64,000 bases of DNA from Patescibacteria group bacterium. Lineage in GTDB: Bacteria; Patescibacteriota; Minisyncoccia; Phycocordibacterales; UBA9973. The translations under genes were made by a program, and so were the position numbers. Shown in pieces: positions 56,837-64,000 of the stretch (the first letter of the stretch is position 1; each line of letters starts with the position of its first letter). The DNA lies in NCBI GenBank assembly GCA_028868715.1, contig JAGWUB010000001.1, positions 53,480-117,479 of the forward strand. Direction: 5' to 3'. The notes under the pieces are model-generated. The model was given only the letters and a program-made list of their open reading frames with translations, did no database searches and was not told the DNA's origin.

Positions 56837-58240
56837 ATGCCAAAAAGAAACTTTATACTTTTAATAACCATCTTAGCTCTCATAATAATCGGGCTATTTG
56901 GATTTTTATATTTACGCTCGGGAACAACTCCTGTGGAGGTTGTCAGCAATGGCACAAATTTTCTTTCTATGTTTAATCCATTTAGAAGCAATCCTTCTAC
57001 TCCTGGAACCACTCCACCTGAAACAAACACACCTGGCGAAGATCAAGGTACTCAGAGCGGGGAGGTGGTAGCAGAAAACTTGAAAAAAGTTTCCACCATG
57101 CCTATCGCTGGGTTCACAATATTTTCCAAAGAAAGATTAAAGGAAGTTCCAGTAGTAGTGCCACCTCCAAGCACTACTGACAGTACAACCACACCAGCAA
57201 CAACCACGACACCTACTACTACAACTCCAGCAACCCCTCCATCAGCGGCTCCAGTTAAAAAAGCGCCAGTGGTTAAGCCTGTTCCACCAAAAACTGAGTT
57301 TGCCGAAGCTGTCAGGTATGTAGAGAGAGCTACTGGAAATATATATCAAACTTTTGTAGATAAAATAGAAGAAAAAAAGTTTTCTCAAACAGTTATACCT
57401 AAAATATATGATGCCTATTTTGGCAATCAAGGAATGTCTGTAGTCATGCGACACTTAAAATTAGGGGATGCAACTATAGAAACTTTCTATGGTCTTCTGC
57501 CGAAAGAGAAATTTGGCGAAGATCTAACTAATAATGAAATAAAGGGATCATTCTTACCAGACAATGTTAAAGACATTAGCCTATCGCCAGACGCTTCAAA
57601 AATATTTTACTTATTAAACGTAGGAAATTCTGCGGTTGGTACAATTTTAAATTTAGCAGATGGCAAAAAAACTCAAATTTTTAATTCTGTTTTTTCAGAG
57701 TGGAATTCCAACTGGGGAAGTGCCAATACAATTACTCTGACTACAAAACCTTCAGGAGCCGTGCCTGGATATATGTATGCGATTAATGTAGGCACTAAGA
57801 ATTTCAGCAATGTACTCGGAAACGTAAATGGATTAACCACGCTGATGAGCCCAAGTGGTAAATTGGTCTTGGTAGGCAATGGATCTTTGTCATTATATAT
57901 CTACCATACAGACACAAAAGCATTTGACCAGCTTGGAGTAAATACTCTACCTGAAAAATGTACCTGGAATAAAATGAGTGATGCTGTCTATTGTGCTGTG
58001 CCGACATTTATTACTGGGGCAACTTATCCAGATGATTGGTATCGTGGAGAAATATCATTCTCTGACCAAATTTGGAAAATAAATATAAAAGATGGAAACA
58101 CTAAGATGATCGCGGATCCACTCGCAATAACCAACCCGGAAGATATTGATGGTATTAAGCTCGCCGTGGATAACAATGAAAACTATTTATTTTTTGTAAA
58201 TAAAAAAGACTCCTTTCTTTGGGAGCTATCTCTAAAATAA
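56837..58240 (+). CDS. Membrane-anchored beta-propeller-like protein with Pro/Thr linker
   Basis: N-terminal TM, PT-rich stalk, RYVERATGNIY, TLPEKC.W, YPDDWYRG. Confidence 0.7.
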   Translation: MPKRNFILLITILALIIIGLFGFLYLRSGTTPVEVVSNGTNFLSMFNPFRSNPSTPGTTPPETNTPGEDQGTQSGEVVAENLKKVSTMPIAGFTIFSKERLKEVPVVVPPPSTTDSTTTPATTTTPTTTTPATPPSAAPVKKAPVVKPVPPKTEFAEAVRYVERATGNIYQTFVDKIEEKKFSQTVIPKIYDAYFGNQGMSVVMRHLKLGDATIETFYGLLPKEKFGEDLTNNEIKGSFLPDNVKDISLSPDASKIFYLLNVGNSAVGTILNLADGKKTQIFNSVFSEWNSNWGSANTITLTTKPSGAVPGYMYAINVGTKNFSNVLGNVNGLTTLMSPSGKLVLVGNGSLSLYIYHTDTKAFDQLGVNTLPEKCTWNKMSDAVYCAVPTFITGATYPDDWYRGEISFSDQIWKINIKDGNTKMIADPLAITNPEDIDGIKLAVDNNENYLFFVNKKDSFLWELSLK

Positions 58241-58270
58241 AAATTCTTTTGTAGTATAAGAAAGAATTTT

Positions 58271-58762
58271 TTATATTTCTCCGATGTATTTTATGACCAC
58301 TCGACGAGAGGGGCCGAAACCCATAGATTCTGTCTTCAGATCGGGCGCATCAGATAAAAATTCATGGACTACTCTACGTTCAAAAGCTGACATCGGATCT
58401 ACTTCTATGTTTGATTTAAAATATCTTGCCCTCTCAGACATCATGTGGGCCACCGCGCGAATACTATCTATGCGACGTTTTTGAAAATCGTTAATGTCTA
58501 TTAAAATCGAGCTTTCTTTGCGTTTTGCTGCTAATTCTGGCGTACTTGGTGCGGGCTCCTTGGCTTCAATTATCCTGCGAACTAGGTGGTTTAGAGCGTA
58601 AATAGCTTCACCTTCGTGTTTGATAAAAAAATGTGGATCCTTCACTTCAACGGCAAACCAAGTGCTGGTTCCCTTATCCTCAAGAACATTGACCTTAGGT
58701 GTGTCTAGGGTAATTTTTTCAATTAATTCTCCTATTAATTTTTGAACTTGTTCCTTATTCAT
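58271..58762 (-). CDS. jag: Jag/KhpB (R3H) RNA-binding protein
   Basis: PMSAFERRVVHEFL...TESMG...RRVVI; downstream of yidC. Confidence 0.88.
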   Translation of the reverse strand: MNKEQVQKLIGELIEKITLDTPKVNVLEDKGTSTWFAVEVKDPHFFIKHEGEAIYALNHLVRRIIEAKEPAPSTPELAAKRKESSILIDINDFQKRRIDSIRAVAHMMSERARYFKSNIEVDPMSAFERRVVHEFLSDAPDLKTESMGFGPSRRVVIKYIGEI

Positions 58763-59528
58763 GTTTTTTTTGTTCCTGTATTAATTTCTGCTCTTCTACT
58801 GGGAGAGCTTCAATGACTAAAGGATCGTGACGTTTCGCATATAGTTGCTGGCCCACCGCAAAAAGATTGCTGGTGATCCAATACAAGGCGATGGCTCCTG
58901 AAATACGGTAAGCTATGAAGGCTACGATAAACGGAAAAATGTATTTCATCTGCATGGTCATGCTTTTACTAAAACTCTCTGCAAAAGATCCAGGGGTGTT
59001 AGAGGCACTGACAGCAGGTTTCGGCATATAGTATGCTTGGAGGTATTGAGACACACCAGCTAGTATCGCCAAAAATAAACTTTTACCACTAATATCTAAA
59101 ATACCCAAGAAAAGCATATTGATGTGTGCCGGAACGTGGATGAAAGAATAAAGAACATTACTATTGAAAATAATTCCTTTATAGAAAACATAATATAAAG
59201 CAAAAATAATTGGGATCTGAATCAAAATCAAAAGACATCCAGAAAAAGGATTTGTTTTATGCTTTTTATAAAGTTCAAAAGTGAGCCTAGCTTGTTCTTC
59301 TTTACTTGCTCCACTTTCTTTTATTTTATTAAGCTCTGGAGCCAAAATACTCATTTGAGCCTGACTTTCTATGGACTTTTGAGAAAGAGGGAAGAGTATA
59401 ATTTTAACTAAAACCGTTAGTAAAATAACCGCAAGACCCACATCTCCACCTGGGATAATTGAAACCAAGAAGGCTAATGCGTTTATTAATGGATGATATA
59501 AAACAATATTCCAAATATTTCCAATCAT
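58755..59528 (-). CDS. yidC: Membrane protein insertase YidC
   Basis: GLAVILLTVLVKIILFPL, NPFSGCL..LIQIPI, LYWITSNLF..QQ. Confidence 0.95.
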   Translation of the reverse strand: MIGNIWNIVLYHPLINALAFLVSIIPGGDVGLAVILLTVLVKIILFPLSQKSIESQAQMSILAPELNKIKESGASKEEQARLTFELYKKHKTNPFSGCLLILIQIPIIFALYYVFYKGIIFNSNVLYSFIHVPAHINMLFLGILDISGKSLFLAILAGVSQYLQAYYMPKPAVSASNTPGSFAESFSKSMTMQMKYIFPFIVAFIAYRISGAIALYWITSNLFAVGQQLYAKRHDPLVIEALPVEEQKLIQEQKKHE

Positions 59529-59598
59529 TAGCCCATTCTATCCCATAGTCCGGTTTTTAGCAAAATTTATTGCGAGATAGGTATGAAAATTAATTTGA

Positions 59599-59814
59599 TC
59601 ACTTTAATGGGTCTATGTGGATTTTTTGCCATGGATGACACCTTAAAATACGAAAAAATCCCAAATAACTCCCTTTTACTATTCCATATTTTTGGATAGC
59701 TTCTTTGGTGTACTCCGAGCAAGTAGGATAAAAAACGCAACTCGGTTTAATAAAAACAGAAATGTATTTTTGGTAAAAATTAATTAATTTTATTGAGTAT
59801 GTTTTTAATTTCAT
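59599..59814 (-). CDS. yidD: Membrane protein insertion efficiency factor YidD
   Basis: FYQKYIS...CVFYPTCSEY..EAI.KYG...RILRCHPW. Start moved to ATG 59814. Confidence 0.92.
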   Translation of the reverse strand: MKLKTYSIKLINFYQKYISVFIKPSCVFYPTCSEYTKEAIQKYGIVKGSYLGFFRILRCHPWQKIHIDPLK

Positions 59815-60106
59815 CTTCAAGTATTGAAATGTCGTCTTGATATTTTTTAAAAACAAGAGCCCCCAGCAATCCAGCAGGGAATTGATTGATATATTTACCC
59901 AAAGCGGTATATCCACGTCGTCGCAGTAGATTTCTCTTAACAGCCAGTTTGGCAATACTTTTAGGCGCAATACAAGAAATTTGTGGAGGGGTTTTATGGT
60001 TGGTTAGTAAAAATTTGAAAGTAAGGTTGGGGGAAACAACAAATTTCCCTGTTTTAAAAATTAGGTCTATGTTTTTTTTATCTACCCTGTTTTTTTTAGG
60101 AAGCAT
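59780..60106 (-). CDS. rnpA: Ribonuclease P protein component
   Basis: MLPKKNRV...AVKRNLLRRR; lies between rpmH and yidD. Confidence 0.9.
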   Translation of the reverse strand: MLPKKNRVDKKNIDLIFKTGKFVVSPNLTFKFLLTNHKTPPQISCIAPKSIAKLAVKRNLLRRRGYTALGKYINQFPAGLLGALVFKKYQDDISILEDEIKNILNKIN

Positions 60107-60130
60107 TGTTTACCCATAAAGGATATTCGC

Positions 60131-60265
60131 TTATACAGAGAGCTTAGCCCGTCCTTTTCTTCTTCGGCGTTGAAGCACTTTTGTGCCAGTTTTAGTCCTA
60201 GATCTAACTAAAAATCCATGGGCGCGAGCTCTTTTTCTTTTTTTAGGTTGATATGTTTGTGACAT
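60131..60265 (-). CDS. rpmH: 50S ribosomal protein L34
   Basis: Manual translation [44 protein letters not shown]. Confidence 0.96.
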   Translation of the reverse strand: MSQTYQPKKRKRARAHGFLVRSRTKTGTKVLQRRRRKGRAKLSV

Positions 60266-60320
60266 ATTTTATACTATATATTAAAATTGAATCTTAGGCA
60301 ACCCGCGGAAGAATATATTC

Positions 60321-60340
60321 TTATCCACAGATTATCAACA
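60321..60340. promoter_or_regulatory. DnaA boxes upstream of dnaA
   Basis: TTATCCACA at 60321 and TTATCAACA at 60332. Confidence 0.75.
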
Positions 60341-60398
60341 GGGTTATTAATTATTTTAATATTTTACTTTTACAAGAAGGTAGTATAATGTGAATCAC

Positions 60399-61745
60399 AT
60401 GGATACAAAACAGCTTTGGAAAAATTGTCTAGTTGAAATTGAGGCGAATTTATCGAAAGCAAATTTTAGCACTTGGTTTAAAAATACATCTATTTTAAAA
60501 GAGGAAATGGGTGTTATTTATATAAGGGTGCCAAATGAATTTGTTCGGGATTGGTTAATGAATAAATATCATAAACTTATAACTAAAACCCTAGCTGATG
60601 CTCATGAAAATATGCGAGCTGTTGAGTACGTAATCACTAAAATTGAGCCAAATATGCAGGAAATAGAAACAATAAACAAAGTTTCTTATATAAACAAGGA
60701 ATTGCCGTTAAGAGATCTCTATATAAACCCAGAAGATAACCTAAATCCACGCTATCACTTCAATTCTTTTATCGTCGGAGCATTTAATGAGCTAGCTTAC
60801 GCTGCTTCTCAGGCGATCATAGACAGTCCTGGGACTAAATACAATCCATTTTTTGTCTATGGAGCGACTGGACTTGGTAAAACGCACCTGATACAGGCTG
60901 TAGGTAATACAATAAAAGAGAAATATGAAAACAAAAAGGTGCATTATATGACTTTGGAAAAATTTGCGACTGATTTTATAAATTCATTACAAAGCAATAA
61001 GGCCAACTCATTCAAAGAAAAATATCGTAAGTATGATCTCCTGATCATAGACGATATTCAGTTTATTGGTAAGATGGAAAAAATACAAGAAGAATTATTC
61101 CACACATTTAACACCTTTTATGAAAGCAACAAGCAAATTATCTTTTCTTCCGACAAACACCCAAACTATATTCCGGAATTAGCTGATCGTTTGAAGTCTA
61201 GATTTGCGGCTGGGATGATAGTAGATGTGTCTGCGCCAGAATTTGAATCTCGTTTGGCAATTTTAAAGATAAAATTAAGAGAACTTAATATTGAGCTGGA
61301 GCCAGAAATAGTAGAGTATATCGCGAGCGCCGTAGAGGGGAATATTCGTGAACTTGAAGGTAGCCTAAATATAATAGTCTGCCAATATAGGTTGAAAAAT
61401 AGGCCTCTTCCGCTCTCTGAGGTCAAAAGTCTACTCAAAAACAACATGAAGCCGAAGAAAAATATAGCCATAAAAGAGGTTGTAAAAATAGTAAGTGACT
61501 ATTATAAAATAGAAGAACTATCTATTTATGAAAAAATAAGGAAGAAGGAAATAGTAAAAGCGAGACAAGTAATCATGTATCTACTGCGAGAAGATTTCAA
61601 CATCTCATATCCATTGATTGGGCAAAAATTAGGAGGTAAAGATCACACGACCGTCATCCACTCTTGTTTAAAAATTAAAGCAGATTTAAAAAATGATCCA
61701 CAGTTGTTACAAGAATTGGAACAGATAAGAATTATGTTTAAATAG
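60399..61745 (+). CDS. dnaA: Chromosomal replication initiator DnaA
   Basis: YNPFFVYGATGLGKTHL, IDDIQF, QEELFHTFN, GNIRELEG, GGKDHTTVIH. Confidence 0.98.
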   Translation: MDTKQLWKNCLVEIEANLSKANFSTWFKNTSILKEEMGVIYIRVPNEFVRDWLMNKYHKLITKTLADAHENMRAVEYVITKIEPNMQEIETINKVSYINKELPLRDLYINPEDNLNPRYHFNSFIVGAFNELAYAASQAIIDSPGTKYNPFFVYGATGLGKTHLIQAVGNTIKEKYENKKVHYMTLEKFATDFINSLQSNKANSFKEKYRKYDLLIIDDIQFIGKMEKIQEELFHTFNTFYESNKQIIFSSDKHPNYIPELADRLKSRFAAGMIVDVSAPEFESRLAILKIKLRELNIELEPEIVEYIASAVEGNIRELEGSLNIIVCQYRLKNRPLPLSEVKSLLKNNMKPKKNIAIKEVVKIVSDYYKIEELSIYEKIRKKEIVKARQVIMYLLREDFNISYPLIGQKLGGKDHTTVIHSCLKIKADLKNDPQLLQELEQIRIMFK

Positions 61746-61959
61746 TTGTTGATAAGTACCGTTAATGGTGTTGGTAAAAAATGATAAGTAAGTAAAGTTT
61801 TAAATTGTTAAATAATAATTATTAATTAAAAAAAAGTTATTAGATTAAAATTAAATAATAATTAGTTAAAATAATTATATTTAATCAATTAAAATAAATT
61901 TATCCACTTATCAACACAACTAACAGTATTAGTAATTTAAATATATAAAATATAAACAT
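61746..61959. other. Probable oriC
   Basis: dnaA-dnaN intergenic region, very AT-rich, with DnaA-box variants at 61747, 61900 and 61908 followed by trio-like TAA-CAG-TAT-TAG-TAA. Confidence 0.75.
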
Positions 61960-63057
61960 ATGAAATTAGAATGTAAAATAGAAGAACTTAAAAATGGAAT
62001 TTCTAAGGCAGAGAGAGTTATCGGAAAAAATCTTACTCTACCAATTTTAAATTCAATCCTATTAAGCACAGGAAAAAATTCTTTAATCCTAAGAGCCACC
62101 AATTTAAGTATTGGTGTTGAGATTGAAATTCCAGCTAAGGTGGCACAAGAGGGGGTGATAGCTATTTCCGGTTCAGTATTAAATAATATATTTTCAAACT
62201 TTTCTCAAAATGAAGATGTACTTCTCGAAGGTATAGACGGAAATTTATTAATTACAACAAAAAAAAGTAAAATAAAATTAAAAGGTCAACCACACGATGA
62301 CTTTCCAACAATACCGAAAGTTAGTGGGGTGGATTTTGAGATAGAGTCAAAAAAATTAATAGACGGTATAAAATCAGTCTATTACAGCTCTTTAATCTCA
62401 GATATAAAACCTGAGATTTCAAGTGTTTTTATATATACTAAAGATGATAATTTAGTTTTTGTATCAACTGATTCCTTTAGATTAGCAGAAAAGAAAATCA
62501 AAACAAAAAACCTCCCAGATATTATTGGTATTCTTATTCCATTTAAAAATGTTTCAGAAATACTTAGGATTTTTGGGGAGTTTACGGGAGTTTTAAAGCT
62601 ATGTTTTAATAAAAACGCAATCTCTTTTTCTTCAAATAATATATATTTAACATCCAGAGTAATTGATGGCATTTTTCCAGACTATCACCAAATCATCCCC
62701 AAAGAAGCTACTTCCACTGTGGTGGTGCTGAAACAGGACTTACTGAACGCACTAAAGATATCAAATATTTTTTCAGATAAATTCAACCAGGTAAATTTAG
62801 CAGTCAAGCCAAAGGAAAAGATTTTTGAGCTTTCCTCTACCAACAACGACATAGGTGAAAATAAAACATATTTGGACGCCACCATCACCGGAGAGAATGT
62901 GGAACTTGGCTTTAATTATAAATATTTTTTAGATTGTTTCCAATCAATCACGACTGATAGTATTTCTATAAAATTTTCTGGAGCAACTCGACCAATCGTT
63001 ATTTCAGCTGTTTCTGATTCCTCGTTTACATATCTCATTATGCCAATGAATAAGTAA
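61960..63057 (+). CDS. dnaN: DNA polymerase III beta clamp
   Basis: LPILNSIL, ATNL, STDSFRL, FPDY..IIP, YLIMPM. Confidence 0.96.
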   Translation: MKLECKIEELKNGISKAERVIGKNLTLPILNSILLSTGKNSLILRATNLSIGVEIEIPAKVAQEGVIAISGSVLNNIFSNFSQNEDVLLEGIDGNLLITTKKSKIKLKGQPHDDFPTIPKVSGVDFEIESKKLIDGIKSVYYSSLISDIKPEISSVFIYTKDDNLVFVSTDSFRLAEKKIKTKNLPDIIGILIPFKNVSEILRIFGEFTGVLKLCFNKNAISFSSNNIYLTSRVIDGIFPDYHQIIPKEATSTVVVLKQDLLNALKISNIFSDKFNQVNLAVKPKEKIFELSSTNNDIGENKTYLDATITGENVELGFNYKYFLDCFQSITTDSISIKFSGATRPIVISAVSDSSFTYLIMPMNK

Positions 63058-63058
63058 A

Positions 63059-63316
63059 ATGATAGAAATAAAAGACTTACTTTCTAAATGGAACAACACC
63101 CTTCTTTCAGAAGAAGTAAAGACAGAATACATCAAAGAAGTTTTAGAGAAAGTAATTAAGATAAAAATAAAAAACACAGATATAAAAATAAAAGATAACA
63201 CAGTTTATTTAAATCTAAAACCAATTTACAAAAACGAGATCTTTCTAAACCAAGAAAAAATAATTTCTCTACTTACAGAAAAACTTGGTAAAAAAACTCC
63301 TAAAAATATCAGATAA
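63059..63316 (+). CDS. Small hypothetical protein, possibly DciA/DUF721-like
   Basis: Coupled to dnaN; KDNTVYL...PIYKNEIFLNQEKII..L...LG pattern. The family call is inference. Confidence 0.5.
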   Translation: MIEIKDLLSKWNNTLLSEEVKTEYIKEVLEKVIKIKIKNTDIKIKDNTVYLNLKPIYKNEIFLNQEKIISLLTEKLGKKTPKNIR

Positions 63317-64000
63317 TTATTGAGGTATCTGGGTTGGCCAACTAGTGTGTATATTATCTACCGCCGTTGGTTTATCATTAATCGTTATTATTGGATAACG
63401 ACTTTTATTTTGAGCCCACCAATTCTGAATAGGTATTTCCCAATGACTAAACTGTGGGTCGTTACTTGGATTTACTGGAGGTGGACCGGTGATGTTTTCT
63501 GTATCCACCCAGTATAGAATAGAATGTACATTAGTAATCACTTTTTCTTCAGTTGTTTCTTGTGGAGTAAATTTTGTAGCTAATTTTCCAGAAATCTTAT
63601 CGATGAAAAACTTTTCATTTCCTTGCCAGAAACCAAGCAAGACTGGTTTGGTAGTTTGCGGGTCAACTGATAAATCTGGAGCTTCAAATTTTTCATCAGG
63701 TAGTGTTTTTAAAGCTTCAGTCATAAATTTATTCCAAATAGGTCCAGCTACAGCTGAGCCCCCACTCCTCATAGCTTTATTGTTATTATTACCCGCCCAG
63801 ACACCTACGGCGATCGATGGAGTATATCCAATCGTCCAAGCATCCTTGTCATTATTTGTCGTTCCAGTTTTTACCGCCACATCTTTATCAGGGATATAAA
63901 GAACAGAATGAGCTCCAAATGTAGGCACACGAGAAGCATCATTTTTTAAAATGTCTGATATGGTTAAAGCAGTATTTTTTGGCAGTACTTGCTGTGAGTT
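63317..64000 (-). CDS. Class A penicillin-binding protein, C-terminal part (start beyond window)
   Basis: AVKTGTTN..KDAWTIGYTPSIAVGVWAGNN, AGPIW..FM. Confidence 0.9.
   Translation of the reverse strand, partial: NSQQVLPKNTALTISDILKNDASRVPTFGAHSVLYIPDKDVAVKTGTTNNDKDAWTIGYTPSIAVGVWAGNNNNKAMRSGGSAVAGPIWNKFMTEALKTLPDEKFEAPDLSVDPQTTKPVLLGFWQGNEKFFIDKISGKLATKFTPQETTEEKVITNVHSILYWVDTENITGPPPVNPSNDPQFSHWEIPIQNWWAQNKSRYPIITINDKPTAVDNIHTSWPTQIPQ

Noticed and set aside
1-64000. CRISPR array, rRNA, transposase, or UGA recoding (code 25)
   Set aside because: No regularly spaced repeat-spacer array, rRNA or transposase motifs were seen. Conserved genes are intact under code 11, and yraN and yidD end in TGA.

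Overview
A 64-kb, AT-rich chromosomal window read with standard code 11 (TGA is used as a stop). Gene content and order point to a Patescibacteria/CPR genome, Parcubacteria and possibly Nomurabacteria-like; this assignment is inference. The window spans the replication origin region (jag-yidC-yidD-rnpA-rpmH, dnaA-oriC-dnaN), and a cluster of parS-like palindromes lies about 28 kb upstream. Housekeeping genes include nusA, ppa, tig, clpP, rny, hup, lexA, comM, metK with a SAM-I-like riboswitch, pnp, cca, murI, xth, a Xer recombinase, rpsO, pcrA and rsmA. There are also four tRNAs, a relaxase-less PrgI/VirB4/VirB6-like locus, and two Cys-rich surface proteins upstream of a pilB-like ATPase. The best candidate for a novel system is in the accessory island at about 15.7-25.9 kb: an operon encoding an amino-acid dehydrogenase, a PaaK-like adenylating enzyme, a ThiF enzyme, a nitroreductase and a 7TM histidine kinase, which may make and sense a small molecule. 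Next to it is a module of a Zn-less QueC-like PP-loop enzyme, an alarmone hydrolase and a divergent alarmone synthetase. Several small palindromic elements are also visible, some inserted in-frame in core genes, along with a recurring leaderless-promoter pattern. All protein calls come from motif recognition by eye; no database searches were run.
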